DNA of 63,903 bases, filler included. It is 9 parts of 9 records of this genome, joined end to end, with 100 filler letters (N's around TTAATTAATTAA, not from the genome) between each part and the next. Parts side by side here need not be neighbours in the genome. Positions count along the whole stretch, not along the records: positions 19,941 to 23,873 come from SRR20825010_1846; positions 23,974 to 28,257 come from SRR20825010_1850; positions 28,358 to 40,182 come from SRR20825010_1858; 6 more parts are not named here. One strand, 5' to 3'. A program made the translations under genes and the position numbers. Every line of letters starts with the position of its first letter. Position 1 is the first letter of the stretch. The notes beneath the pieces are model-generated. The model did not search any database and had not been told where the DNA came from. It saw nothing but the letters and a program-made list of their open reading frames with translations. This document shows positions 21,698 to 31,972 of this stretch, piece after piece.

Positions 21698-22069
21698 ATG
21701 GCGACCACTCACACAAAAGGCTTTTCCCGCGTTGTTTTCGCGACCTTTTTGAGCTTAGGGCTGGTTCCATCGACATATGCTTTTGCGGGTGATGTGCGGG
21801 CAACCAGCACCGTCATCATGAATGACAAGTTCCACACTAAAGACGAGTGGGGCGATAAGCTGATTTTGCCGAAAGATGGAAAGATCACTCGCGTGATGGA
21901 CGGTACTTACGGCTTTGATATCAAGACAGAGGCCGGCGTTCAGGTGGCGAGTTTTTTGGACCCGCAGGATGCCGTTGGTATGTCATTGCCTGCGGGCACC
22001 TATTTGCTTAATCCTTATGTCTGCAAGCGACATCGCCATCATCATATTGAAGTGACCGCAGCCTATTGA
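21698..22069 (+). CDS. Secreted hypothetical protein with C-terminal Cys/His-rich motif
   Basis: AGGGAG RBS, signal peptide ending AFA, C-terminal CKRHRHHH. Confidence 0.65.
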   Translation: MATTHTKGFSRVVFATFLSLGLVPSTYAFAGDVRATSTVIMNDKFHTKDEWGDKLILPKDGKITRVMDGTYGFDIKTEAGVQVASFLDPQDAVGMSLPAGTYLLNPYVCKRHRHHHIEVTAAY

Positions 22070-22514
22070 TTGATTGCAATAGGCGGTTGGGTACAGCGAC
22101 ATTTGTCGCTGCTGATTATCTCAATCGTGGATATGGTTATTTACCCTTGGATGGCCTTTCGCTTGAGGCATTGATGAAAACTGGTTTGGGATAACATCGG
22201 CAACGCTGACAATTTACGTCGGTGGTTCAAAGTTCCCGAAAATTGTCTAGCTGTTCGAGCCGGGATGTTATTCTCGAAAATTTGAATCAATTTTTTTTCT
22301 TCGACACTTTCGTCGAAGTCTTTGAAATAGCTTGTTTTTTCTCTCGCCATTCATCGGTGGGATGGGGAGTTTAAATATGCTTTCCCCACTATTAACCTTT
22401 TTTTTAGTGGGTCAATGGAATCCTCATGTTCGGGCAAGGGTGACCTTGCAGGTTGGGCAAGTGGGACCGGTTCATGCTGAGTGCGGACGGACCACGATTT
22501 GAGGAGATGGGCCT

Positions 22515-22784
22515 ATGGCTCGCGTGCAGATGGAAACGCTCGAGAAATTCGAGCTGGCGGCCGAGGGGAGCTCTTGTGACGCGCTTTATGATCTTGGATT
22601 GATCTATTCGACAGGGCGTGGTGTCGAGGTGGACCTAGTGGTTGCGCATAAATGGTTCAATCTTGCTGCAGTTCGCGGAAGCGCGGCGGCAAAGCAGTGC
22701 CGCGCAGAGTTGGCGCTCGAAATGGCTCCTGCCGAAGTGGCTGAGGCACAGCGTCAAGCGCGTGAGTGGCTCGCTGCACATTAA
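22515..22784 (+). CDS. Small Sel1-repeat protein
   Basis: LYDLGLIYSTGRGVEVDLVVAHKWFNLAA; GAGGAG RBS. Confidence 0.88.
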   Translation: MARVQMETLEKFELAAEGSSCDALYDLGLIYSTGRGVEVDLVVAHKWFNLAAVRGSAAAKQCRAELALEMAPAEVAEAQRQAREWLAAH

Positions 22785-22885
22785 TGACCCGGTCGGACTA
22801 GCTTAGCATCTTGAATCGTCGGTTAGGGTGACAGACTCCCACTGAACGCCTATGTTGCAGGCGCGAATTGAGAGGATTCTTCCCA

Positions 22886-23746
22886 ATGACTGATGCTGTT
22901 GAAGACCTGATTCAGATACTTGATCTTGAGAAGATTGAGGAAAACCTGTTCCGTGGCCATAGCCCAGATGTGAGCTGGCAGCGGGTGTTTGGCGGACAGG
23001 TGATCGGGCAGGCTCTTGTGGCTGCCTATCGCACGGTAGAAGATCGAGTCTGCCATTCACTGCATGCTTATTTCATTCGTCCGGGCGATCCCAAAGTTCC
23101 GATCGTCTATGAGGTAGACCGTTCGCGCGACGGTAAAAGTTTTACAACGCGCCGCGTTGTCGCTATTCAGCATGGCAAGCAGATATTCAATTTGGCGGCA
23201 TCGTTTCAAGTGCCGGAAAAGGGCTTTGTACATCAGGCGACGATGCCTGATGTCCCCATGCCTGAAGACCTTCCGAGCGAGCGCGAATTGCGTGAGGAGG
23301 TGGCAGGAAAGTTACCTGAGAGCATCGCCAAGCATTTCGCGCGTCCGCGGCCTGTTGAAATCAGGCCGGTAAACCCACAGAAATATATCAATCCTGAGCC
23401 GATGCAAGGCGATCACTATGTCTGGATCCGCGCCCGTAAAGCTATCGATGAGGGGAATATCGCACTTAACCAGAGTATTCTGGCTTATGCATCCGATATG
23501 ACCTTGTTGGACACATGTGTGCGTCCGCATGGTGTGAGCTGGATTTCCGGTAAGCTGCAATCCGCCAGCCTCGATCATGCAATGTGGTTTCACGAACCGT
23601 TTAAAGCTGACGAGTGGATGCTCTATGCCATGGATAGCCCTAGCGCATCAGGGGCCAGAGGCTTCAATCGAGGCAGCCTTTACTCCCGCGATGGGCGTTT
23701 GGTCGCATCCGTTGCCCAGGAAGGCCTAATTCGCTACCGGGAATAA
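22886..23746 (+). CDS. tesB: Acyl-CoA thioesterase II
   Basis: RVFGGQVIGQAL, HSLHAYF, LAYASD, ASLDHAMWFH, VAQEG. Confidence 0.93.
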   Translation: MTDAVEDLIQILDLEKIEENLFRGHSPDVSWQRVFGGQVIGQALVAAYRTVEDRVCHSLHAYFIRPGDPKVPIVYEVDRSRDGKSFTTRRVVAIQHGKQIFNLAASFQVPEKGFVHQATMPDVPMPEDLPSERELREEVAGKLPESIAKHFARPRPVEIRPVNPQKYINPEPMQGDHYVWIRARKAIDEGNIALNQSILAYASDMTLLDTCVRPHGVSWISGKLQSASLDHAMWFHEPFKADEWMLYAMDSPSASGARGFNRGSLYSRDGRLVASVAQEGLIRYRE

Positions 23747-23823
23747 GAAAAACGTGAGTACAGGCTGGGTTTGCCTGAGTTCGGACTTGATGCGGGCCGT
23801 ATTCTTGGGCATACACAGGGCAC

Positions 23824-23873
23824 GGAGACGTGGCCGAGTGGCTGAAGGCGACGGTTTGCTAAACCGTTATACG
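23824..23873 (+). tRNA. tRNA-Ser(GCT), 3'-truncated at contig end
   Basis: GGAGACGTGGCCGAGTGGCTGAAGGCG-ACGGT-TTGCTAA-ACCGT. Confidence 0.88.
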
Positions 23874-23973
23874 NNNNNNNNNNNNNNNNNNNNNNNNNNN
23901 NNNNNNNNNNNNNNNNNTTAATTAATTAANNNNNNNNNNNNNNNNNNNNNNNNNNNNNNNNNNNNNNNNNNNN
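23874..23973. other. Artificial contig spacer
   Basis: N-run + TTAATTAATTAA + N-run. Confidence 0.99.
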
Positions 23974-24350
23974 ATGGAGCGCATATCGACCGCGCGCGAC
24001 TGCACCATCTCCAGTCCCACCGCCGCCGAGCGCCAGCAAAGAAGGCCAAGCGTCAGGATGGCGAGGATCAGCACGACCCGCCCGGCCAGCAGGCGCATCG
24101 TTTCCGGCATAGCCGCTGTGAAGGACGAGATCGCCACATGGCCGTTGTTGCGCACCAGCCAGGGTGCCGCCGCCATGGTGGAGAAGAGCATCACATATTC
24201 GACGATGGCGCTTGTCGACTGGAAAGGGCGAAACCCGGTGTTACGCAAGACAACGTCGACAATGATGGCAAGCGAAATGAAAACGAGACTGGCGGCGCCC
24301 AGCACGGCCAGCCCGGTGATGATCCGGTTATAGAGACGTATCAAAAACAT
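23974..24350 (-). CDS. TRAP transporter small permease DctQ (3'-truncated)
   Basis: DVVLR, EY, GHV(A)I motifs; hydrophobic; follows DctP. Confidence 0.85.
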
Positions 24351-24407
24351 GGCGCGCGGCTTTTCAAAGGGAGTGCGGCGGGAGCCTGGGCCCCCGCCGG
24401 TACGGGA

Positions 24408-25421
24408 TCAACGATCGTAATAGGCTTCGCGCAATGCGTCGTAGTATTCCGACCCCGAATCCTTCATCCGCTTCCAGGCGCTGTCATAGGCCAGATCAAG
24501 GAACTTCGCCTCTGCCTCCCCCTCGAGCGTGATCACTTCCATGCCGTTCTCGCGAACCGCCTTGTCGGTCTCCTCGATCACCTTCTGGAAGTTCTCATAG
24601 GAGGTCTGCTCATATTCGGCCGCAGCTTCGTTGATGATCTTCTTGGCCTCGTCGCTCAGGCTCTCCCATTTCGCCGGGTTCACCACCACGGCGAGATCGG
24701 TCTGGAAGAAGCCCGGGTCGATGCGGTAGCGCAGGAACTTGTCCCAGGAGAGATCCTGAATGCCCACAATGGGCCAGCCCGAACCGTCAAACGTGCTGCG
24801 CTCGAGACCCGTATAGACATCCGGCACAGGAACGGAGACAGGGATCGCGCCCAGCGCTTCAAAGAAAGAATTGTAAATCGGCTGCGAGCGGATGCGCTGA
24901 CCGTCGAGGTCGATGCCGCCATCGTCGGTCCGCTTTGGCTCATTGATCGTGTAGATGTAGAACTTCACACCGGTGTCGAGATGAGCCAAAAGGTTCACAC
25001 CGAGTTTCTTGGAAAAGGCTTCCTGCATAATGCCGAAGCCGCCATTCTCGCGCGCCTTTGCGGCCGTCACCGTCGAACCGACCCAGGCATCCGCCTCCGG
25101 CATCGTGCCGAGATAGTAGGAGGCAGGGCCATACTGCATGTCAACGACGCCGCGGCGCACGGCATCCACCTGCTGGTTCGGCGGGAACATTTCCGGCCCG
25201 CCCGCATAATTGATCTGGATAACCCCCTTGCCGCGTTCATTCACGAGGTCGACAAAGCCCTTGAAGCTTTGCGAGAAGGCGAGCGACTGCGGGAAGGCGG
25301 AAATCGCCTTCAGCGTTTCTTCCGCACTGGCCTGTCCGGCAAAGGCGATGCTGGTCAGCGCCGTTGCAAGAAGGCCGTTTCTGATGGTCCTGGCGATCGA
25401 TCTGGTCGTGGCTTGGTACAT
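24408..25421 (-). CDS. TRAP transporter substrate-binding protein DctP
   Basis: Signal peptide, GGPEMFP, GQRIRS, LGAIPV...DVYTGLER. Confidence 0.88.
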   Translation of the reverse strand: MYQATTRSIARTIRNGLLATALTSIAFAGQASAEETLKAISAFPQSLAFSQSFKGFVDLVNERGKGVIQINYAGGPEMFPPNQQVDAVRRGVVDMQYGPASYYLGTMPEADAWVGSTVTAAKARENGGFGIMQEAFSKKLGVNLLAHLDTGVKFYIYTINEPKRTDDGGIDLDGQRIRSQPIYNSFFEALGAIPVSVPVPDVYTGLERSTFDGSGWPIVGIQDLSWDKFLRYRIDPGFFQTDLAVVVNPAKWESLSDEAKKIINEAAAEYEQTSYENFQKVIEETDKAVRENGMEVITLEGEAEAKFLDLAYDSAWKRMKDSGSEYYDALREAYYDR

Positions 25422-25482
25422 TTTTCTTCGTCCTCTCTGGTTGTCCGGGCTTGTTCCACCCGGTTTTGGTTTCAACTGCTCC

Positions 25483-26469
25483 CTAAATCACTGGCGGCCG
25501 CACGAGCCCTGCATTGTCGAGCGCCTTCAGGAAGGCGGCCATGCGGCGCTGGCGATAGGCATCGACATCCATGTCAGAATAATCGAAGAAGCCGGAGCCG
25601 GTCTTCAGGCCAATGCGCCCCTCTTCCATATTGCGGCTGATGATCTCCGGCGCTTGATAACGCTCATCCTCAAACGCCCCTGCGAGATAGCGGCTCGCAT
25701 AGTAGAGAATGTCGCCACCGCCCCAGTCGATGAATTCCAGAAGGCCGAGCACACCGAAACGCAGGCCGAAACCATAGGTCACGGCCTTGTCGACATCCTC
25801 AGCGCTCGCAACACCTTCTTCCACGATGCGTGCCGCCTCGTTCATGGCCAGCGCCTGTATGCGCGGCACGATATAGCCGGGCGAAGCCTTGCAGACGATC
25901 GGCACCTTGCCGATCCCTTCAAGGAAAGCGCGCAGGAAAGTGACCGTCTCGCCCTCGGTTTCATCGGCCGGGCTCAATTCCACCAGCGGCATGAGAAACG
26001 CCGGGTTCAGCCAGTGCGCATTGAGAAAGCGCTCCGGCGCAGTGGTGAAACCCGCCAGCTCCGTCGACAGCATGGTCGAGGTGGTCGAGGCCAGAATGGC
26101 GTTGCCATCCGCATGGGCGTCGAACAGCGCAAACGCATCGCGCTTGGCATCCGCCACTTCGGGCACGCCCTCGAACACGATGCGCGCGCCGGCAAGACCC
26201 GCCGCCGCCTCGCCGCGCGGCACGATGCTGACCCGCTCCATGATCTGCGGAACGGCATCGACCTTGAACGCGCCGAGTGCCGCGATGGAGGCGAGCGCCG
26301 TGCGGATTTCGTCCAGCGCCTCATCGCGCAGTCTTGCGAAAGCCTCGGCGTCGCGCTCCTTGGCATCGATCAGCCGCACCTGATGGCCCGCATAGGCAAC
26401 GCATTGCGCAATGCCCCGGCCCATGCGCCCGGCACCGATGCAGGCGATGGTCACGTCATCTGCCATCAC
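25483..26469 (-). CDS. 3-hydroxyacyl/3-hydroxybutyryl-CoA dehydrogenase family
   Basis: GAGRMG, EGVPE, ASTTS, HWLNPA, PGYIVPR, GLKTGSGFF. Confidence 0.88.
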   Translation of the reverse strand: MMADDVTIACIGAGRMGRGIAQCVAYAGHQVRLIDAKERDAEAFARLRDEALDEIRTALASIAALGAFKVDAVPQIMERVSIVPRGEAAAGLAGARIVFEGVPEVADAKRDAFALFDAHADGNAILASTTSTMLSTELAGFTTAPERFLNAHWLNPAFLMPLVELSPADETEGETVTFLRAFLEGIGKVPIVCKASPGYIVPRIQALAMNEAARIVEEGVASAEDVDKAVTYGFGLRFGVLGLLEFIDWGGGDILYYASRYLAGAFEDERYQAPEIISRNMEEGRIGLKTGSGFFDYSDMDVDAYRQRRMAAFLKALDNAGLVRPPVI

Positions 26470-27542
26470 AGCCCCTCACGCAGCATGGTCTGCACCGCCT
26501 CGCGGCTCTCGCCCGCAAGACCGATCTGCTCCATCGTGCGGCCTTCGGCGCGGAAATCGCGCTCGGCCACGGCCCCGGCAATGGCGAGAAGCCCCGCCGC
26601 TACCGGACAGGGTACGCCCGCCCATTCACCGACCGAAACCATGAAGGCGAGGCCCATGCCCACATCCTCCAGCATGTAGCGGTGGGATTTGAGGTCCAGC
26701 TTCTCGTGCCAGTCCCCGGAATCCACCAGTTTGTCATGGGCCAGATTGCCATACATCCAGTCGCTGGTCTCGTAGTGATCGGCGAGCGGGAAATGCGGCG
26801 CGCCATAGCCCAACGCCTCGCGGATCGCCATGCGCTCATTGTCGAGCGCGGTGTGCGTGCGGCGGATGGAAGGCTGCGTGCCTTCATTGTGAATGTCCCA
26901 ACGGTCGAAATGCTCGATGGGACCGGCATTCATGAGGATCAGCGGTGGGTGGATGATCGGGCCGGCGTTCATCAGCGCGCCCGACAGCGCATCCTCCACC
27001 GGCTCGATGGATGCCGGGAACACAGCCGCAATGGCCTTGATCGCATGATCCGTATGCCTAGCCGGCAACACGCCCGTGGGCAGGCGCGAGGCCCGCGTCG
27101 TCACGCGCACTTCCAGCGGCCCCTGCTTGCGCGTCAGCCATGGCAGTGTGCCTGTTTCTGCAATCGCGATGTCAGCCTTCGAGCCCGCTTCACGAATACG
27201 CTTCATCATCAGGTAGGAGCCAAACGTGCCCGGCGGCAGGTAGATCACCTGCCCGTCCTCCAGATGCGGAGCGAGCTTCGTGGCGATGTCCTCCTGAGCA
27301 AACGCCGGCGTCGGCGCAACGATCAGTTCCGCCCCTTTCAGCGCCGCAGCAAGATCATCAGTCGGAACGACCGCGATCTTTCGGCTTCCCTCATGATCCG
27401 TGAGGGTGATGCCGCCTGCCTTCTCGACATCCGCGAAACTGGCGCGGTCGCGCCGCCACCAGCGGACGTCATGCCCCGCCTCGGCAAAATCCGCAGCCGC
27501 AGCATAAGAACCGTTGCCTCCGCCCAGAACCGCTACTTTCAT
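26466..27542 (-). CDS. NAD/NADP octopine/nopaline (opine) dehydrogenase family protein
   Basis: GGGNG Rossmann motif, AETGTLP, NAGPIIHPP, LDNER, HRYMLEDV. Confidence 0.85.
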   Translation of the reverse strand: MKVAVLGGGNGSYAAAADFAEAGHDVRWWRRDRASFADVEKAGGITLTDHEGSRKIAVVPTDDLAAALKGAELIVAPTPAFAQEDIATKLAPHLEDGQVIYLPPGTFGSYLMMKRIREAGSKADIAIAETGTLPWLTRKQGPLEVRVTTRASRLPTGVLPARHTDHAIKAIAAVFPASIEPVEDALSGALMNAGPIIHPPLILMNAGPIEHFDRWDIHNEGTQPSIRRTHTALDNERMAIREALGYGAPHFPLADHYETSDWMYGNLAHDKLVDSGDWHEKLDLKSHRYMLEDVGMGLAFMVSVGEWAGVPCPVAAGLLAIAGAVAERDFRAEGRTMEQIGLAGESREAVQTMLREGL

Positions 27543-27587
27543 TCCTGTACTCCCCTCGTTGCCGCATAATTTCTACGGATGATTGTT

Positions 27588-28013
27588 CTACTTTTGAGCA
27601 GGCAAAACCGCCGTCGCCTCGATCTCCACGACTGCCTCCGGCTCCACAAGCCGCGTCACCTGAACAGTCGCCATGGCCGGAAAACAGCGCCCGAAGACAT
27701 CGCGATACGCCTTTCCGAGCCCCTTCGGATCGGCGAGATAGTCTTCCACGTTGGTCACATACCAGGTGAGACGCGTCAGATGCTCCGGGCCGGCACCTGC
27801 CGCCTCCAGCACATCGCGGATGTTGCGAAATGTCTGGTGAGCCTGCGCCACAAAACCTTTCGGGAAACGTCCTTCACGATCCCATCCAACCAGGCCTCCC
27901 GTAAAGATGATGCCGCCATCCGTCTTGACCGCGTTGGCGTAGCCCCTTGGCTGTGGCCAGCCCTCAGGGTGCACCGTCTCATGCAGCAAAATGAGGCTGG
28001 AGATATCCTTCAT
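27588..28013 (-). CDS. RidA/YjgF family protein
   Basis: PEGWPQPRGYAN, FPAMATVQV, VEIEATA. Confidence 0.88.
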   Translation of the reverse strand: MKDISSLILLHETVHPEGWPQPRGYANAVKTDGGIIFTGGLVGWDREGRFPKGFVAQAHQTFRNIRDVLEAAGAGPEHLTRLTWYVTNVEDYLADPKGLGKAYRDVFGRCFPAMATVQVTRLVEPEAVVEIEATAVLPAQK

Positions 28014-28257
28014 GACACGCTTGCCTCCAGTTCTGCCGGCGCTGACGGAGCCTGGCTCGCAGCGTCATCTCCTCCCCGGCAAATTGCGTGTATGTCTTTC
28101 AACACCGCCTTCAGGCGGGCCGCGTCCGTGGTGCCAAGGCGAGAAACAATCAACATTTCATGCACTCTCGCCTTCTCCACCAAACCTGTCCCGATCGCGC
28201 GCCCGGCTGCCGTGAGGTACACACGCACGCGCCTGCGGTCGCGCTCATCGCTGCGGC
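28010..28257 (-). CDS. MarR-family regulator, C-terminal fragment
   Basis: DERDRRRVRVYLTAAGR wing motif. Confidence 0.75.
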
Positions 28258-28357
28258 NNNNNNNNNNNNNNNNNNNNNNNNNNNNNNNNNNNNNNNNNNN
28301 NTTAATTAATTAANNNNNNNNNNNNNNNNNNNNNNNNNNNNNNNNNNNNNNNNNNNN
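28258..28357. other. Artificial contig spacer
   Basis: N-run + TTAATTAATTAA + N-run. Confidence 0.99.
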
Positions 28358-29201
28358 GCACTTCCACGGAGGGGCGATGCCTGTTGACGGGTTCTGCATC
28401 GGACAGCTGGCAAATGTAATTCGCCCCGTTTCGCCCTAGTAGCAGATGCCTGTCTCCGGGTGCTATGTACGCATGCCCTGGCAACACACGCTCGCCATGC
28501 ACGGCCTCTTTCACTGTAATTTTGCACACCTGGTTCAAGCGATCCGCAAAACTTTTGGTGAAACCGGCCGGCATGTGCTGGGTAATCAAAATGGCCGGGC
28601 TGTCGTGGGGCATTTGTTCGAGTATGACCCGAATGGCCTCGGTACCCCCGGTGGATGAACCAATCAACACCAGTTTTTCCGTGGCCGCATAGCGGTTGCC
28701 CAAGACCATTTTGGTGGGCACCACCAATCCGGTGACGGGGTCATTCTGGGGCGCCTGTGTTTGTACTGCCGTTTCAGGTGGCAAACGTTTCAAGCGAAAA
28801 CGGGCAGCATACGCCCCGCGAATTTTGTCGGTAATTTCATTGGCGTAATCAATCATGCCCTGGTTGATGTCTAGTTTGGGTTTGGTCACGAAATCAACGG
28901 CTCCTAGCTCAAGGGCGCGGAAGGTCACATCCGCCCCTCTCTCGTTCAACGTTGCCACCATCACCACCGGCGTGGGGCGTAAACGCATGATTTTTTCCAG
29001 AAATTCAATGCCATTCATTTTAGGCATCTCAATGTCCAGTGTAATCACATCTGGATTGAATTTCCTGATTTGATCGCGTGCAATAAAAGGATCCGGGGCT
29101 GTCGCAATGGTTTCCATGTCGCGCTGCGAATTGATGATCTTACTCATCACACTGCGGATCAAGGCCGAATCATCAACTACCAATACTTTGATTTTGTCCA
29201 T
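28358..29201 (-). CDS. cheB: Chemotaxis methylesterase CheB (3'-truncated)
   Basis: REC domain ([14 protein letters not shown]), GSSTGG, TQHMP, HRPSV. Confidence 0.95.
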
Positions 29202-29255
29202 TTCACGAGCCCGGCAAGGTGGGGGTCACAGCGGCAGGGGGTACAAACCCGGTGT

Positions 29256-30248
29256 TCATGCAGACAGCTTGCGCGCTGGGCTTTCGCCATCAGCACCTGT
29301 TTTCGCCGCTTTGTCAGCGTTTACGGTGTAAACAGTTTTGCCACGCAATGAGAAGTAATCCCGGGCCATTGCGAAGTTTTCCGAATGCCCTGCATACAAC
29401 AGGCCGTTTGAATTCATCAGGGGGGCAAATCGTTTGAGAATTTGAAGCTGTACGTCTTTCTCAAAATAGATCATGACGTTTCTACAAAATATGGCATCAA
29501 AACCTGGGCGAAGTGACCACACATTGTCCATCAGGTTGAGCTTTCGAAAGGTCACCATGGCCTGCACTTCCGGGCGCACATGAATCATGCCGTCACTTTC
29601 GCCTTTGCCCTTGATGAAGTATTTTCGAATAATGTCTTCGGGAATTTTCTCGATCTGATCCATCCTGTAGACACCTTTCCTGGCATGTTCCAGCACTTTG
29701 GTGTCAATGTCGGTTGCCAGAATCCGCACGGGGGGATTCATGCTGTTGAAGGCCTCCATGGCAGTGATGGCCATGGTGTAGGGCTCTTCCCCGGTAGATG
29801 CGGCGCTGCACCACAATTCAATTCGAGCATTGCGCGACAACGATTGAAGTTGCTTTTTCAGAATCTCGAAGTGGTGTGCTTCTCGGTAAAACGAGGTCAG
29901 GTTGGTGGTCAGTGAATTGGTGAAGTGTTCCCATTCGGGGTTGCTGGAATTAAGTTCGAGCGCATCCAGATAGGAAGAAAAGCGGTTGTGCTTGCAGGCA
30001 CGCAGCCGCCGCGCCAGCCGGCTGTAGACCATGCTTTGCTTGCTGGGCGCCAGCGAGATCCCGGCAATTTTCAGAATCAACGCCCGCACACGGGCAAAAT
30101 CTTTTTCATTGAATTCAAATTCACGCTCGGCGTTGTCATCGCTTTGCAAACTAAGGTTCACCGCGGCAGCGGCCTGCTTTGCGTCCGCAACAGCATCGGT
30201 GCCGGATCGGGTTCTGGAAAATTCGAATTTCAATGGGGGACGATTCAT
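29256..30248 (-). CDS. cheR: Chemotaxis methyltransferase CheR
   Basis: LTTNLTSFYRE, WCSAASTGEEPY, ATDID, IFCRNVMIYF, GHSE. Confidence 0.95.
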   Translation of the reverse strand: MNRPPLKFEFSRTRSGTDAVADAKQAAAAVNLSLQSDDNAEREFEFNEKDFARVRALILKIAGISLAPSKQSMVYSRLARRLRACKHNRFSSYLDALELNSSNPEWEHFTNSLTTNLTSFYREAHHFEILKKQLQSLSRNARIELWCSAASTGEEPYTMAITAMEAFNSMNPPVRILATDIDTKVLEHARKGVYRMDQIEKIPEDIIRKYFIKGKGESDGMIHVRPEVQAMVTFRKLNLMDNVWSLRPGFDAIFCRNVMIYFEKDVQLQILKRFAPLMNSNGLLYAGHSENFAMARDYFSLRGKTVYTVNADKAAKTGADGESPARKLSA

Positions 30249-30433
30249 CTAGGGCCTTTGTCGCTGGGGGGGTTCACACAATTAGGTGGGTGGCCCGACA
30301 CGAATGAGTTCTATACCCTGTTATGTTCCGATAATATGATTGAAAGAATGCAAGGATTAAAACCTTGAAATGGTGTTAAATCTCGCTTTGATTCCGCGCA
30401 AAACAAGAAAGCCAATCAATAGGCGTACAAACA

Positions 30434-31972
30434 ATGAGTGAATCCAGAGGATTGCCCCCATCATTGTTGGACATCAGCAACTTTTCAGATGGTGGATTGA
30501 AAGTACTGGTGGTGGAAGACAATGATTCGGACTTTGAGCTGATGTGTTACCGCCTGAAACAGGGTGGGCTCAAATACACGGCCACCCGTGTTGACCGCAT
30601 CGATGATCTGCGCCGCTGCCTGGAGCACGAAGAATGGCAGGTGGTTATTTCTGATCACAACCTACCTGGCTTTGGATCCGAAGAAGCCTTGAAAATAGTT
30701 CGCGATTCAGGCCTGGATATTCCCTTCATTATTGTGTCAGGCAGTATTGGCGAACATGTGGCGGTCGAGGCCATGCGGGCCGGGGCTGACGACTATTTGA
30801 TGAAAGACAAAATGGCACGCTTGGTGCCTGCCATTGAACGGTCGCTTCGGGCGGCCAACGAACGGCGCAGCCTTGCTACGGCAGAACAGGCACAGCGGGA
30901 ATCCGAACGCAGGTTCGCCGCCATTGCAGAGAACATTCCCGGCATTATTTTCCAGATGCAATCCGGTCCATCCATGCCCCGCCCCACTGTGCCGTTTGTC
31001 AGCGAGGGTGTGGTGCGTTTGTTTGGGGTGCCGCCACGGCTTTTTCTGGAAAACCCCCACTACTTTTTCGAACAGTTTGAACCCGAAGATGCAGCCGCAC
31101 TGTTTGAACAGTTGATGGAACCACCGCGCCCTGGTGTGCCTGTGACTTGGGAAGGCCGCTTGAAGAACTATGGCAAGCGGCTTGACCGGTGGGTACTGAT
31201 GAATGCGGTGGCCAAACCGCGTGGAAACCTTTTTGTCTGGGATGGCGTGTTGCTGGATATTTCTGACCGCAAAGAAGCCGAGGAGCGGTTGGTCAGCGCT
31301 AAAACCGAATTGCGCCTGGTCACGACCGAGTTCGAGAAGCGGCGGGAACAGGAGCGCGGCGCAATTGCCCGGGAAATACACGATGACATGGGCGGTTCAC
31401 TGACCAAGCTGAAAGCCGATGTCGCATGGCTGAGCAAAACATTGGCACCCGACCCTGCCGTGCAGGAAAAACTGGATGACATGCTGGAGTTGATTGAACA
31501 CCTGTTGGCCAGCAGCCAAAGAATTTCAAAAGATTTGCGCCCCGGCATACTGGACTACGGCCTGATTCCAGCACTGGAATGGCAGATGGGCGACTTTCAG
31601 AAGCGTACCCAGATCGAAGGGACTTTCCAGTGCAATGTGGATGAACTGGAACTGGATGCCGAGAAAAATACGGCACTTTTTCGAATTCTGCAGGAGGCTT
31701 TGACCAATATCGTGAAGCACGCCCAAGCAACTAGGGTTGATGTGGAGTTGTTTGTGTCGGAAAATGAATTATCGTTAGAGATCCGTGACAATGGTCGCGG
31801 TATCGAGAATACTGACAAATTAAAAGAAGCATCATTTGGCCTGCGCGGCATGCAAGAACGGGTTGCTGCTTTTGAGGGCTGGGTAGATGTGAGCGGATCG
31901 CTGGGATCGGGTACGACGGTCATGGTTTCAATACCAAGAAGCAATCACACAGGTGAGGCAGATAATGATTAA
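30434..31972 (+). CDS. Sensor histidine kinase, REC-PAS-HisKA_3-HATPase
   Basis: N-terminal REC (VVED, VISDHNLP), PAS-like middle, IAREIHDDMG, QEALTNIVKHA, DNGRG, FGLRGMQER; no transmembrane helices. Confidence 0.9.
   Translation: MSESRGLPPSLLDISNFSDGGLKVLVVEDNDSDFELMCYRLKQGGLKYTATRVDRIDDLRRCLEHEEWQVVISDHNLPGFGSEEALKIVRDSGLDIPFIIVSGSIGEHVAVEAMRAGADDYLMKDKMARLVPAIERSLRAANERRSLATAEQAQRESERRFAAIAENIPGIIFQMQSGPSMPRPTVPFVSEGVVRLFGVPPRLFLENPHYFFEQFEPEDAAALFEQLMEPPRPGVPVTWEGRLKNYGKRLDRWVLMNAVAKPRGNLFVWDGVLLDISDRKEAEERLVSAKTELRLVTTEFEKRREQERGAIAREIHDDMGGSLTKLKADVAWLSKTLAPDPAVQEKLDDMLELIEHLLASSQRISKDLRPGILDYGLIPALEWQMGDFQKRTQIEGTFQCNVDELELDAEKNTALFRILQEALTNIVKHAQATRVDVELFVSENELSLEIRDNGRGIENTDKLKEASFGLRGMQERVAAFEGWVDVSGSLGSGTTVMVSIPRSNHTGEADND

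Noticed and set aside
22391-22407. CtrA box upstream of the Sel1 gene
   Set aside because: Only one good TTAA(C) half-site; the other is mismatched within a poly-T run.
24376-24399. GC hairpin between dctP and dctQ (also 4917-4946 after the TAXI gene)
   Set aside because: Ordinary intercistronic stem after a solute-binding-protein gene; not distinctive.
30308-30334. Sigma-28 promoter (TCCGATAA) before the sensor kinase
   Set aside because: No -35 element at the required spacing.
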